A DNA stretch of 64,000 bases from assembly GCA_010909165.1 (NCBI GenBank), contig VJWM01000106.1, forward strand, positions 434,001 to 498,000. Reading direction: 5' to 3'. This document shows positions 1 through 12,562 of this stretch, piece after piece (position 1 is the stretch's first letter; each line of letters begins with the position of its first letter). The notes beneath the pieces were generated by a model that had not been told where the DNA came from, made no database searches, and was given only the letters and a program-made list of their open reading frames with translations. The DNA is from Anthoceros angustus. Taxonomy: Eukaryota; Plantae; Anthocerotophyta. Made by a program: the position numbers and the translations under genes.

Positions 1-2231
1 AAAGACAGCTCTCTTCTTATAGGAAGGGAAAGCCCAGCTTCTAATTCGTCGGGTTGCTGGTGCATCATGGACTTGGAGCATGTGGTATCGTCATTGTTGT
101 TCCTGGGCCTGGATGGATCACAAGTGAAAACAGGGTGGGACAAGTGCCCTCCAAATTTCGGAGAAGAGCTGTATGCCTCTGCGTTAGACCTTTCCGTGTC
201 GGAATATCCCACATCAGACACCGCCCTTACTGCGAAGGTCTTGCTTCTGCTCGGTACCAAGACGTCCGTCTCGCATTTGCTAACAGGAAAGGATCTTGTC
301 CTGAGTACTGGGGATGTACCGAAGGTGCTGCTCGGGCCCTTATCGAGATAAACAGGGAGACGTCCAGTCTCTCCATGCACACCTAGTGTTGCCATGGCAC
401 TTGTCATAGTACTCGTAGCGTGCATGGAAGATGAGTTTCTAAGCATGCCATCATCACCAAGAAAGGTTTTCGGAGTTTCTGTTCGGCTGTCGGAGCTGTC
501 ATCCATTGGCATCCCAAGCACGTCACCCATTTGCTGCCGGGTACAACCTGTTTCCTGTTCGAAACCTCCAGATGCAAGACTGGCAGATAGCCTAGTAATT
601 TTCGTCAACCTCTCCCTGCATAAGGCTGCCGAAGTAGCTGGCTCAGTTTGATGTTCAACTTGCCCTGTAACTCCTTCCCTGGGTCCGTCACGTCGCAGGA
701 TAGACCTTAACTTAGCGTTCTCTTGCTCTTCCAGCTTTCTCTCCAGTTCTTGAACCCTGGCCTGCACTTTCCACAGTTTTAGCGGAAACTCTAGCTTGCC
801 ACAACACCATCTGACTGTTTCCAGATCTTTGGAACTAGGATAGCTCACCTTCAGCTTCTTCATCTGTTCAAAAGACTTTTCACACTTCCGAACAGCTTGC
901 CCCTCACTGAGGCCCAGCTCGTTGCACCTTGCCATTAAGTCCTTGTAGGTCCTATTACAACCAGTTCCTCGATGAGGCCACATCACCATTGCACACCCAG
1001 CACGCACTTCATGTCGACGTTTCGTACCTGTTTCGTAGGACCAGAGACTTGGTGAGAGTATCTATGATGTCCTCCTTGTTGGAACTCCTACCTAAACTTG
1101 CCAGCCTTAACACGTCCTCCTCAGCTATATCTGTATCTCCAATTCTGCCATAACAAAACACCCCGTTCAGAAAAAGTGCTGGCTTGTACCTTTCCCTGCC
1201 AATGCCTCACTCTACACTCGACACTCACAATTTGTGGGCAGCAAGCTCCTTAGCCATGGCTATGTTCTTCTCAAGCAGCATAGACCGCTCCATCATCGAT
1301 CTTCGCAACTCCTGTGGAACACAAAGGAAGATGTCAACCAAAATGGAGCAAACCTGCAGTCCAGCTGGCCAAATGCAGCCAAAGAAACTGGCATCACCTC
1401 TTGGGTTCTGGCAAGAGCTTCTTTGCAATATGATCTCTCTCTGTTAGCTTCGGTACGTGCAGCTTCAGCCTTGTCAACTCTCACTATATACTCTGACAGC
1501 TGCAAACGGCAAATCACATTACTGCCACTTACACCTCTTCACAAACCCATCACTTTGCATCCATTTAAACCACCAATGCCAACCTGGCTATCGAGGTCCG
1601 TCAGTTGCTCCTGATAAGAGCTCAAGGCAGCTTTTGCAACGGAGAGCTGGCCTTCCAGCTTGGTGACAAGAGCTTCATCGGCCTGTAAAAATAAAGCCAT
1701 GCACATAAAGCCATAAATCATAGGCCAACCTAAACGCCAGGACAAAGAAAAAAGGTGGAAGACTAACCACAGATCTCTCAGCGCAAGGCGGAGATTTTGA
1801 GGTCACTCCCAGCTGATTCCTAATCTTGGCGGTGTCGGCAGCGGATTGGAAGTACAACCTGTGCGTCTCCTGACTGGTGCATTCTTTCTTACACAAAGGA
1901 CAAGTCGCCTTCCTTCCGCGCGGCGTATACTCAATCCACTGCTGCAAGCTTCACAGCACACACACACACACACACACGACACATTGTACATTATCCTCAC
2001 ACCCAACATGCACCAACAGAATTCAAACACGCCCAGAGCTCTGTCAGCACAGACACAAGCTCACTCCCTCACTCCCTCACTCCCTCACTCCCTCACTCCA
2101 TCACTCCATCACTCCACTCACCATATGTCGTGGAACACATGCCCGCAGAGAGAGATAGAGAGCAGATCATCAGTAATCGGCCTGGCATCCTCGTAGCAAA
2201 TGGCGCATATTGCATTAGCCTCCGCCGTCAT
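1..2231 (-). CDS. TRAIP-like RING-finger E3 ubiquitin ligase with coiled coil; multi-exon, 3' end runs off the window
   Basis: Exon 1 (2231-2122) MTAEANAICAICYEDARPITDDLLSISLCGHVFHDIC splices via GT..AG to LQQWIEYTPRGRKATCPLCK, giving a complete RING. Later exons AKELAAHKL|IGDTDIAEEDVLRLASLG...TLTKSLVLRNR|TYKDLMARCNELG resemble the plant TRAIP-like family as recalled. The last exon is open to position 1. Confidence 0.85.
1957..2119. repeat. (CA)n microsatellite and (CTCCCTCA)n-type tandem repeat in intron 1 of the RING gene
   Basis: Seen directly: cacacacaca at ~1957-1977 and ctcactccctcactccctcactcc at ~2060-2119. Confidence 0.9.
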
Positions 2232-3370
2232 CTCTGCACTCCGCCTACACCAAAGCCCGCCCTGACTGCCAGGTCCTGGGCATCATCTCCATCACCCTAC
2301 ACTACCGCCCACCACATCCAAATTGCTGCCCGACCCTCTGCTACAAAATTGCGCATCACATCTACACAAAATCTTCCGCCCTGCCCTGTCCTGGCCACCC
2401 CTCCGATGCTCTAGCTCCAGAGCAGAGCACTACGTGCATCAAATCGCGGCCTGCCGGGCTCCGTCCAGCGCAAACTGATCGCACTTGTGGCTCCCCGGGC
2501 CCCGGGCTGGTGGTTGCTGAATTCAGCTCACTTGGCCGCAATCATTCCTTGCCTGAGCCGGCCCGGCATTGGATCCGATTCGTTCCAATTGGGCACCACC
2601 TGCAGCAGGAGGAGAAGATTGCGGTGTGCTTGGGCAGCGATGTGAAGGTGGAGGACTGCGGCAGCAGGGAAGTAGCCGGGGCATGTGAGCGAGCTCGAAT
2701 TTTTGGCGCCAAGAGGCGCAGAGCCTTGAAATGAGGGGCCGCGCCACCAAGATTGCACGAGGACCCCCTGGCCCGTCTCCGTGGCGCCCGCCGACTGCAC
2801 TATCATGTCATATCTCTACATCTCCGCTCCGCCAATTGTCGAGTCGTTAAATTCGACTCCAAACTGAGAGTCTGTTGTACATACAGTTGCAGTTTCAAAT
2901 TGCCGCAGTGCGCAGCCTATGCGATGTGTGATGTCCTGCTGCAGTTGCAGCAAATGCAGAGTCCAGAGACCCAGAGTCTCCAGAGTCCAGACCTGGGCTG
3001 TCATGTTCTTCCTGCTGCTGTCGGTGCGGGATCCAGAGGAGCAGCGGGCTGTTACAGTGTTAGTCACAGGCTGTGATTTGGACCCTGCTTGGACAGATCT
3101 GATGCACACAGTGCACGCAGCCTTCCCGAGAGAGAGAGACAAGAATGCAATGGCAGATTGCCCATGTCACACATTAAATTTTATGAGGAGGTGTACAACA
3201 GATCCAGTATTTCACATATATACAGAGCATATCCATGGCACCCTTTTGAGATGCACCTGCACCACCTTAAATGGCTACATACAACATGGTTTTCAGTATC
3301 TTGTATTCACAATATGGACAGTAATACACACAACGTGGGAGGAAGCCCACGCCCTTCGGCTCCAAGCTTG

Positions 3371-5482
3371 TTAAGCCTGCAAAACCTCACGACATGAGTG
3401 AGCACGATGTGGCAGCTTAGGTGTGTATAACATTATATTTGTTGTCTGCTGTTGTTGTACAGCATACCTGTTTCTGCTGTCGTCTTTTCTGCTGACGGAG
3501 CTGGCTGAGTTCGTCCCGTAGCCGAGCTGCGAGCCACGAGGAACACCAGGAGCCATTAGCATACGTGGTGACCTGGTGATAGTGGAAAATGTTCGGAGGT
3601 AAGAGACGCAAGTGACAAACCTGCGTCACCGTAGCGTTCTTCAACAGCTGCAATCATCAGGCTCCGGACCAGCACGAATTCTTCGGATGCAAAGTCAGAC
3701 TCTGCTTCAGGCCTGCATCCAGAACGTACGATGATTAAGTATGTGCCTGAGGGACCGCAGAGCTCAAACCAGTGGGAAAGGGGATATCATAAAGCACCGG
3801 TCCAGCCCAGCAATTGAGACTCCCAACGTGGCCCGAATCTGCCTTGAGGGCAGCTTTGCTGGGTCACTCACAATCCGAACGCCATCGCTGTAAGCAAGGG
3901 TTTTGTTGACTTGGATGGGAATCTGAGTGTTCAAGCATCAAAAGCATCACACAAGCTGAAGAATGTACTGTAGCATCTTCCAGACTGCTACAGGCAAGAG
4001 CATCCACATGACTGAGAAAGACCCACTTGCTCTTGTTCCCCAAGATAACAAACCCACCAAACAAAGAACCCTCTAAAAAGATCACCTGATATCAGCAGTG
4101 GCATACCAAAGAGCATGCCATACCTTGCATCGAGCAGCCAAGTTGATGGCATCTGATGGCCGAAGATCCAGACTAACAATCTTCTGTGTGTCTTCATGCT
4201 TCTGGAGAAGAGGGATCCAAAACACAGAGGAAGTGAGCTTCACAGCTTCCCGGAGCGCAGATCCGGTGGATAAGAGAAGGTGGATGGGGACACTTACCTT
4301 GCACAAATAGATACGGGCATAATAGGCTTCGTTCACTCTGCGAGTCACACGAGCTAACTTGGCCTGGAGAGCACAAAAAACAATAGCGTGCACCCCTGAG
4401 GTCACTCGTCACCACCAGACACAACGGTAAAAACACACCGACAACACTCATAGTATGCGTGTAGTCGGAGGGATGAGATGATGGAGCAAGTGAGATGGCG
4501 TGTGACACTCAACAGTAAAAACACACCGACTACACCCAACCTCGTGTGAACGAAGTGATCATTTCCCTTCTTACCTGGTAACCCATGACGTCGAGCATGT
4601 CCTTGATAACATGATATACAGTAGGCCTAGCCTGCAATTCACCCAGCACATGAACAGAGACAATAAGACCAAGATCTCGAAGCCGGAGCATCATCTGCTG
4701 GTCAAAGCTGAAAGCTATAAATGAAACGACTCTTGATACTCACAACTTGCACATCTCGAATAGCCTCCATAAGCATCGTGCTCGGCAACTCCGCTGTCCA
4801 CAGCAAAGACCGTTAGTGATCCAACAAGCCAATCTGACTTGAAACGCCATATCAAAACTGAAGCTCAAGAACAAAGGAAGGGAGCGTGCAAGGGCGTATG
4901 TTACATACTGACTATGATTGGCAGCATAAGATTGCTACCATCTTCCATTTTCAGCACGATCGCAGGCTGCGGCGCATAGTCGGGCAGTGGGCTTCCTTCA
5001 GGATTGTTGTGAGAACACTTCACGAGTCTCCCGTCACGCATTTTGATCAGAAAACCATCCGATCCGCTCTTCACCTCCACTGCGGACATGCCAGCATGTT
5101 CAAAACATGAGCGAGGCACAAGAAGCGAAAAATCCAGCCCAAAATCAGGCAACCAGAAATAAATCACACCTGCTTCAACAACCGAAGACTCCACGTAGTC
5201 CTCGTCGTGCTCGTCAAACCCATCAGCCATGCCTCCGTTGTTGAAAGACATGCTGGTGTGGCAGGGGCCCTTGCACTCCGGCGACAACACGAGCCTCTGT
5301 CCTAGGAGCTGCGGCTTAGCAGCCATCCAGGATGGCCGCACGGTTTCCAGCCTGTTCTTCAGGCACGCCGATCTCCTGAGCCCGGGGGAGGCAAGCGCAA
5401 TCGCGATGTCGTGGTTCAGAGCCGCGGCAGTGTGCACCGCCGCCACTGCGTTCATGGCTGCCCCTTGGAACACGGTTGCCAT
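3371..5482 (-). CDS. BBD: Bifunctional nuclease (DUF151/BBD family), multi-exon
   Basis: Exons encode DEHDEDYVESSVVEA, PDYAPQPAIVLKMEDGSNLMLPIIV, RVTRRVNEAYYARIYL, SLDLRPSDAINLAARCKV and EEFVLVRSLMIAAVEERYGDA|ARLRDELSQLR, all BBD hallmarks, joined by GT-AG introns. Start assumed at MATVFQGA; stop via a final mini-exon GCT TAA. Confidence 0.9.
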
Positions 5483-6380
5483 TTCTGCGCAAGCACGGAG
5501 GAACATTTCCGCTCAACCCAGACCCCAGGAAGCCCGACCACAAAGCTGCCCACAAATCCAGCACCACCAGCACCAACCCAAACGGAGCCGAGCCTCCTTG
5601 GGCGTCAGACCCATTTGGGTTGGCGCTCCCGGCCACACACAACCCACCACACCGACCTCCTCCAAATCCAGCAACCGGCCTGCACGATGGCGCTCAGGCT
5701 GGTTGCTGGTCACTCTACCCTCACCACTCACCAGCATCACCGACGAATCAGCGAGAGCGGCAGAGCCGCAGATGGCAGAGCAGGCCAGCCCAGTCCAGCC
5801 CAGTTCTCAAGATCAAACAGAACCACACACTTGCGAGACCGGAAAGGAACTGCAGCAAGGCTGGAGCAAGGAAATCTAACGCGGCAGCAACGCACAGGCC
5901 CAGGCGCAGCAAATATCAACTCACCTGTCCGGGACCAGGCTGATGCTGCTGCGGGAATGACGGCAGGCTGGTGTTAAAAGTCTGTGAGCAACCTTCTAAG
6001 CTGGGGTCAGGCTCAGCCACAACAAACGTTGCCGCCTACAACAGGAAAGGAGACGCAAGCTGCATGTATATATATCCGTGCACTGCACCGGTTCTCTTTT
6101 ATTAGCCCAAGAGGTTAGGCCTTGCGAAGGAGGATGGAAGGTGTCTGATTGCAGTGTTATCTGCAAAAGTGGATCTGCTCTTTTCTGCGGACTTGTTCCC
6201 TTTTCTCTCTAGGCGGCTGAGCTCACAGAATGTCACGCGTTCCTGGCTGGCACGGTGTAAAGATCCTGTCAGGCTGGATATGATCGGTATGTGATACGGC
6301 CTGCGTACTAACTGTGTACATACATACATGCATACGGGTGCGTGGCCGGGTGTGTGTTGGAGTAGCTCGAAAGCGTCGGG

Positions 6381-7964
6381 ATGGAGTTGGGTTTGGGAGG
6401 TGGTTTCGATGACAAGGCATTGAAGGGCGCTGTGACTGTGGAGCACGTCAATGGGAAGTCGGTGGCCAGTCGAGTATTTGCTCGCTATCCCCTCAAGTTC
6501 ATGATTCCCGAGAAGGTAAGTGTGGGAACATCTTCGTTTTCAGAAATTGAGACCTAAATTATCTGGGTCATGCCTGTGGGATTACGTCGCTTATCATGCA
6601 TGGTCTGCAGATGGCTGCGTCTGAGGTGGACGTTGTTTGGGTCTACGCAATCACCTATGGGGGTGGAATTGTTTCGGTGAGAACCTTAAGCTCATAGTGT
6701 TGGGGATTGGCCTGAGGTGGTCTTCGTACTTCGGATGGAAGTTTGATCTGACATGGGCTGTGTAATAACGTCATGCCAGGGTGACGTTATAGACTACAGA
6801 ATTGATGTAGCTGGAGCATGCACTGTAGTGCTCACTACCCAGTCTTCAACGAAGGTGTGTGATGCGAGGTTTTGGTTGGCTTCTTTGGGTGTCGCTGTTT
6901 CCCGAGCAGTAACAGACAGATTTCTGTTTTCCTGTTTTGGGCTGCCAGGTGTTTAAGTCTCTCGGTGGAATGCTGGCTGAACAGAGGCTTAAGGTAAGCC
7001 TAAGTTGGTGCATCAAGTCATTCCAGTGTGCAAACATTGCGGAGCCCCTCTAACTGGCCTCCTGTCACCGTCTGGGTGGTTAGGCATCTGTCGGCAGTGG
7101 TGCAATGTTTGCTTTGCTGCCCGATCCGGTCACTTGCTTTGCAGCTGCAAAATTCTCCCAGCTTCAGGTCTTCAGTTTGGCTTCTGATGGAAATCTAATC
7201 CTCCTAGACTGGTTAACAAGTGGTCGAAGGGAGCGTGGGGAAATCTGGGCTTTTGAAAGCTACAAAAGCAGGAACCACGTGTATATCGGCCAAAGCAAAG
7301 TGCTGATGGTGGACAATGTAAGCCGTTGATGTGGTTTACTTTTAAGATGGAAGCCACTTCTAAAGGGACTCTGTTTACAACACATTGTGATTCTCCATTG
7401 CAGGTTTGTCTTGAACAAGGGGCGGGTCTATCTGTAGCAAAGCGCATGCAGGGCTTTCATGTCGTTGCCATGCTTACAGTCTACGGGTAGGTGTTGCTTA
7501 CATCGAACCGAATAAACACAAGTGGAAAAGGAGGTTCACAGAAGAATCTGGTTTGCTTTTCTGTGTTTGCAGAACCCGATTAACAGCCTTCAGGCTGCAG
7601 CTGCAAGATAGAGTACGCTCTTTTACAAAAGAAAGTTTCAGTCAAAGGCAAATACGGCGAAGCCAAAATGGGGTTGCAGGATCAAGCGAGTGTGAGCAGA
7701 CCATGTTCATTTCATCTTGCAGTCTGGGGGCTCATGTATGTCTCATAATCAAGACATTGTGTTTTGTTGTTACGTTCTCTTTGAAGGGACTGTTTGCGTC
7801 CCCCACCCATTCGGCTCAATGTCTTCACATGGTGATGGATGCAGGATGAGGGCATCGTGATTCGTATCACAGCAAGAACGACAGAAGCCGTCTACGATTT
7901 CTTAAGAGAACAATTTGCGTGTATTCTGCCTTTACTGGGAGCCCTTCCGTTTCTTGGAAGATGA
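6381..7964 (+). CDS. URED: Urease accessory protein D, multi-exon
   Basis: Exons: VTVEHVNGKSVASRVFARYPLKFMIPEK, DVVWVYAITYGGGIVS, CTVVLTTQSSTK, LLPDPVTCFAAAKFSQ, LLDWLTSGRRERGEIWAF, and VIRITARTTEAVYDFLREQF...LLGALPFLGR*. These match plant UreD. Confidence 0.95.
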
Positions 7965-8081
7965 TCATCTGATGTGAGCCTTCTTCATTACCGCTTACCC
8001 AACAACTTTGCCTGCTTTCAAAATTGGACGGTTGTTGAATAGTTTATACTCCTGGGTCGTGAAGTTGAAACCTGGGGAGTC

Positions 8082-10805
8082 TTACGATTCATCCGTTTGG
8101 TAGTCAGGTTCGATGTCCTCGTTGGGGTGCACTTGCACGTAGCTGCTCTTTGTCACTGCTATTGGCTGTGGCACAGGAGGGATGGACAACCCAAGTACAA
8201 AAGCAACCACCTGCAGCAGAGGTCTTAGTCAGATGCAGTAGGATACCAACTCCAGCAGCTTGTTCTGTTCAGGTGACACTCAGCAGGCCGCAGAACACTC
8301 TAAGTCACAAGCTGCCGGATCCCGGAAGAGTCAAAACTTGGTTGAGAGGCCAGGCTACCATGGCAATTCCGGAGCAGATAATGCTGAACCCTGGGCAATG
8401 GAAGGGTGCTCTGTCGGACAGAAAGAGAGCTGCACAGGTAAAGGATAGGTGGTGCTCAGTACCCAATACATCAATGACTTAGAAGGGAAGTTCAGTTCCT
8501 CGTGTTACCTGTCAAAGGGCTAGTGATGAGAGGAGCCACTATGCTGGCAAATGAGCGCACACCTGCTACAAATCCTTGCAACTTTCCCTGCACAAGTTTT
8601 CCAGCGTGTGCATGTGATTTTTTGCAAAAGCATGTGATGCTCATCGTTATCTCTGGCCTCTTTGCAGAAAACACACCTGCTCATCCGGTACAGCAGCTTT
8701 GGAAACGAGACTCCCAATCTGCGTATGACCACGTAAGCAACAGGTAGGGATTCAGACTCATGTACCCTCATCTGCTGTTCCTACAAATCAAAGGGTTGGT
8801 AGCCAAGGTACTTACAATTGGAAACACAAATACAAACAGCACTCCTGTCAGGGCAGCCGCATAGGGAACCTGTAATTACTGGCAGTTAGCGCATTATTGA
8901 GAACATTAGGCTGCCTGTACAAGACAGAAGTAAGCTGATTGGTTACCCAAGGCGACCAGGCTATGCCATACAGGAAGGCCTGCATGTCAGAACAGCACTG
9001 CTTGTCAGTCACACTATGGGGTAGCTCCTACATGTAGATCGACACTGTTTGCAAGTGACCACGAGTTGGTGTTTGACACGCATCATCCTTACATGAACGA
9101 AGGATGCAAACAGGCCAGTGCAGAGAACTTTCCGATCTCCAAGTAGGTGTACGAGGAGTGGCATGATGATTATCTGATACACATAATAACTTCAGTAGCC
9201 CGAAAGAAAGTGGATGGATCTGTTGTTGAGATCGTCAATCTAACAAGCAGGGAGAGTGGAAGGCCTCAGTGACACGCACCTGAGAAATAACCGAAGCTCC
9301 TCCGGCAATGAGCATCAACTCCGCAAACTGATCTTTCCCGAAATTGAATGTTGCTTTCAAGTAGTACTGCGGTTGTGGAAGTTGAAATACAAAATTTCTT
9401 GTATTGCAACAGAAAACTAGGTGATGAATGGTGGTGTGTGATCAACCTACCAAGAGCGAGCTCTGAAGTCCGGCTTCTCCAAGATTGGAGAAAAATGCGA
9501 CCAGAGTGACTCGCATGAGCAATTTGCTGGTCCCCAGGCAAGACTATTAGATCCAGGGCGACATCTCAAGGATCAGCGGCTTGCAGATACGCTGACAACA
9601 TGGAAGCTATTTGCGGAGAGAAGGAGTCTCTCACCTGCCTCGAACAACTTCGGCAGTCTGCTGTATGGAAGTTCGACTACGCATGATCATAGGAGCTGAT
9701 GGCATCCATGAGGGTTTTGGCTGCTCTGCGGTCTGATCCGGGGGAGTTGCTCCTGTGCTCATGAGTGGCTGCCTTCGATTTGTCTCCACCAAGAACACTT
9801 TCAAGTAAACGGCAGCGGCGAGGGAGAGCAATGCTGCTGCCTGGTACGGGCACCCAAGCACACTAAGAAGACGGAACATTGGCTAGCAGTGTGCCCAAGT
9901 GAGGTGAATCAGATTTTCAAGACATGAAGGTCTCACTTTGAAGACATGGTCCTCGCCAAGGCCCCTGGCTAGCAAAGTTCCCATGACGAAGCCGGTTGAG
10001 AGAGAGCCCATCATGATCCCAAACGCAGGTGCCCTCAGCCTTTCCTCCACAGTATCTGCCTGCCCACAAGTCTTACAGATGTCTGTCAAACGTTCTTACA
10101 GTTGCAGCCACAAGATTTTTGAGGCAGGAACCTGGCCACACTGGAAGGGTGAAGTCTTTACCACATATGCCAGAGCGAGGCATGTCGTGCTGCCTTCACT
10201 AACCACTGCTGCAATGGTGCGCAGGACAAAGTATATGTAGACGAAGGTTGTGTTTCTGCTGTAGGACAAAACAGCTGGTTGTGCAGTGGTGTGTAAACGA
10301 TTAGTGACTGAGCTTGAAGACTGTTGACAGTGCAACTGGCACAGCCTCCCGGAAATGCAAGAGCTGGGAAGAAAAAACCAGGATCGGTCTGTCTATGGGT
10401 ACCGATGGGAATGATGGATGCCGTGAAAGGCACCAACAACAACGGTTTCCGTCCGTACTCGTCCGATAAACCCCCGAGTACTGGTGTAGCCAGCATGGTG
10501 CCTATGCCAGCTACCTGCAATTTTGCATTCCAATTCAGAATCTCTCCTTTCTTGTCAAGACATAAGGTCTTGCATCTTACCAGCAGCGTTAGACTCAAAC
10601 TCACCGCCTGCTGGAAGCCGGACAGAAAGATCGCCAAGCTGCATTTGTTCAGGCCAGGGCAAAGGGCTGCCAGAGTGACATCAATGAGGGCAGGCCAGAC
10701 CATCACAGCTGCCGTGTAATGGAGAAACAGAGCCAGCATAAGATGGGCAAGGGGTCGGACTACCCCAACCCTCTCCCTCATACTCCCCATAGCTGACTGC
10801 CTCAT
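8082..10805 (-). CDS. Major facilitator superfamily transporter (tetracycline:H+ antiporter-like / HIAT-MFSD14 type), multi-exon
   Basis: Hydrophobic helices; MFS motif A GGLSDEYGRKPLLL; PAFGIMMGSLSTGFVMGTLLAR; QGKLQGFVAGVRSFASIVAPL; final exon VVAFVLGLSIPP...QTDES*. Start may be the Met at 10805 or 10790. Confidence 0.9.
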
Positions 10806-12562
10806 CTTGGAGGCTGCCTAGAATGCTTTCAGTTCAAATAACCTCACGCATCTTCAATCCTTACTTGCAGTGCTTCTGAACAGACCCACGACGCCCTCCA
10901 TTCAAGGCTGCAATTGCAACCACAGTTCGAATGACCACATTTCTGCAGACCGCTTGCCTGCCCCGCATAAGCAAAAGAGAGCACCCCTGCTGCCTGAAAC
11001 ACCATCGACGCCCATTCGTGAGCAGGTGATCACTTCACGATGAAGCAAGTGTGCTAATCACTCCATCCCCTAAAGGAGTCCACAGACTGCGATTTCTAAC
11101 GCTACCGTTCAACCATGGATAACCGCTGCTCTGCCACTGCTGCCTTTCGTTCAAAGGCCATGCAGCTGTGTCCCTTACAGCAAGTCGTCTCCTCTCCGAA
11201 TAGCAACAACACCGGAAACCCACATGAATTCCTGTCTTCCTTGGCCCGTGGGTGTAGGCAAAAACTCAGGCATGTCCTGAAATCTCACAATGTGAGCTTG
11301 GGCTGCATCAAGAAACGTCGGACCAGAAAGCTACAGCCATCAAGCTTGCACAAAGGTTTCTTGACATCGTAGTCCTTCATTCTAGCACAGGACATGGATG
11401 TCCCCAGACACCGGGCAGTGATACCCTGTATCAAGAATCATAGGAGGACAAGCCTGCAGCAATCTCCTCCTCCAAAGTAGCAAATCGAGCTTCATGCAGC
11501 GTAGGTACAAGTTGGGCGGACTACAGACCTAATCAAGAAGCTTCCGTTTTGGGACCTTGATCCTAAGACGGACAGCAGAGTGGTTTCAAGAATCGCAGTA
11601 CATGCAGCCGCACCCGGTGTCCGATGGTACAGGTAAACCTGCAGCAATCTCGTGCGGGACAGAACAAAGGGAGAGCTGCACATATGCATATAGGCTATGT
11701 ACATAGTGTGTGGAGTTGTAATCAAGATATTAATCCGTAATTCGAACAGTGGGCTTTATAGGTATTGTTGGGCTCAGCGCGCTAACGGCTCGCAGTCCTG
11801 TGACACGGAATTGTGACGGTTGCTCTACCAGGGCACGACTCCAGGCTGGCTACGTGATTGAAGAAACTTGTATCAAAAGTGGAATCGAAGTCGAATACGT
11901 AGCACGAATTTGGAACCACAGTAACTGATCAGTCGCGACTCCTGCGTCAGGGGAAACGAACGGTTTCTTCACACGCCTACGAGCCTTTCTAGGGTTTGGG
12001 GATTGCTTACTCCGTTCCTTGCGAGGATGAAAGGATTTGTGACCATGTCCGTGCTCATCCTCTGAATGTTATCTCAGGTATCTGTGCAATGCTGATTGCA
12101 AATTGTCGAATGCTGGCTGGTTGCTCTTAGGAGATTTCCCAGCTTGCTCTTCAGCTCATGTTTCTGTTCCAAATGCTTGCTTGTTCTTCAAAGATTTCCT
12201 AAGCTCATGTTTTGTTCTCAACGCTTTCTCCTTCTGTTCTCTCCAGCAGGGACTCTGACGCAATGTTTGATCCAATCCGGAAACAAAAACTTTCCTGAGG
12301 CTTCGGCCAAGGGAGGTAGCTGAATTGGTGCTCGGCGAGGATGCGACTACCTGTGACGGAGATGGAAACGATGTAACGGCACAGAGTAGTAGTATCCTAG
12401 AGGGGAGCGCAGAATGACGGGGGAAGGATAGCTCTCACGGATCGGAGTAGCACAGAGATAACAATTGACAGCATACAGGGATTGGCGTAGCATTCACTAC
12501 TGGACGCGCGCAATTGGAGTAGAAAATCCGGTCACCAGGAAGTGCAGGGCAGATTGCGAGTC

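Noticed and set aside
1190-1196. Possible 6-nt microexon (GGAAAG) flanked by AG and GT in the RING gene
   Set aside because: It would need introns of only ~33 and ~45 nt; a single intron gives an equally in-frame product.
2510-3374. Short ORFs between the RING and BBD genes
   Set aside because: No recognisable motifs or consistent exon chain; probably BBD 3' UTR and RING promoter.
5229-5977. Several 150-216-aa + strand ORFs over the BBD 5' region
   Set aside because: They overlap BBD exon 1 and the GC-rich divergent promoter/UTR, with no recognisable domains.
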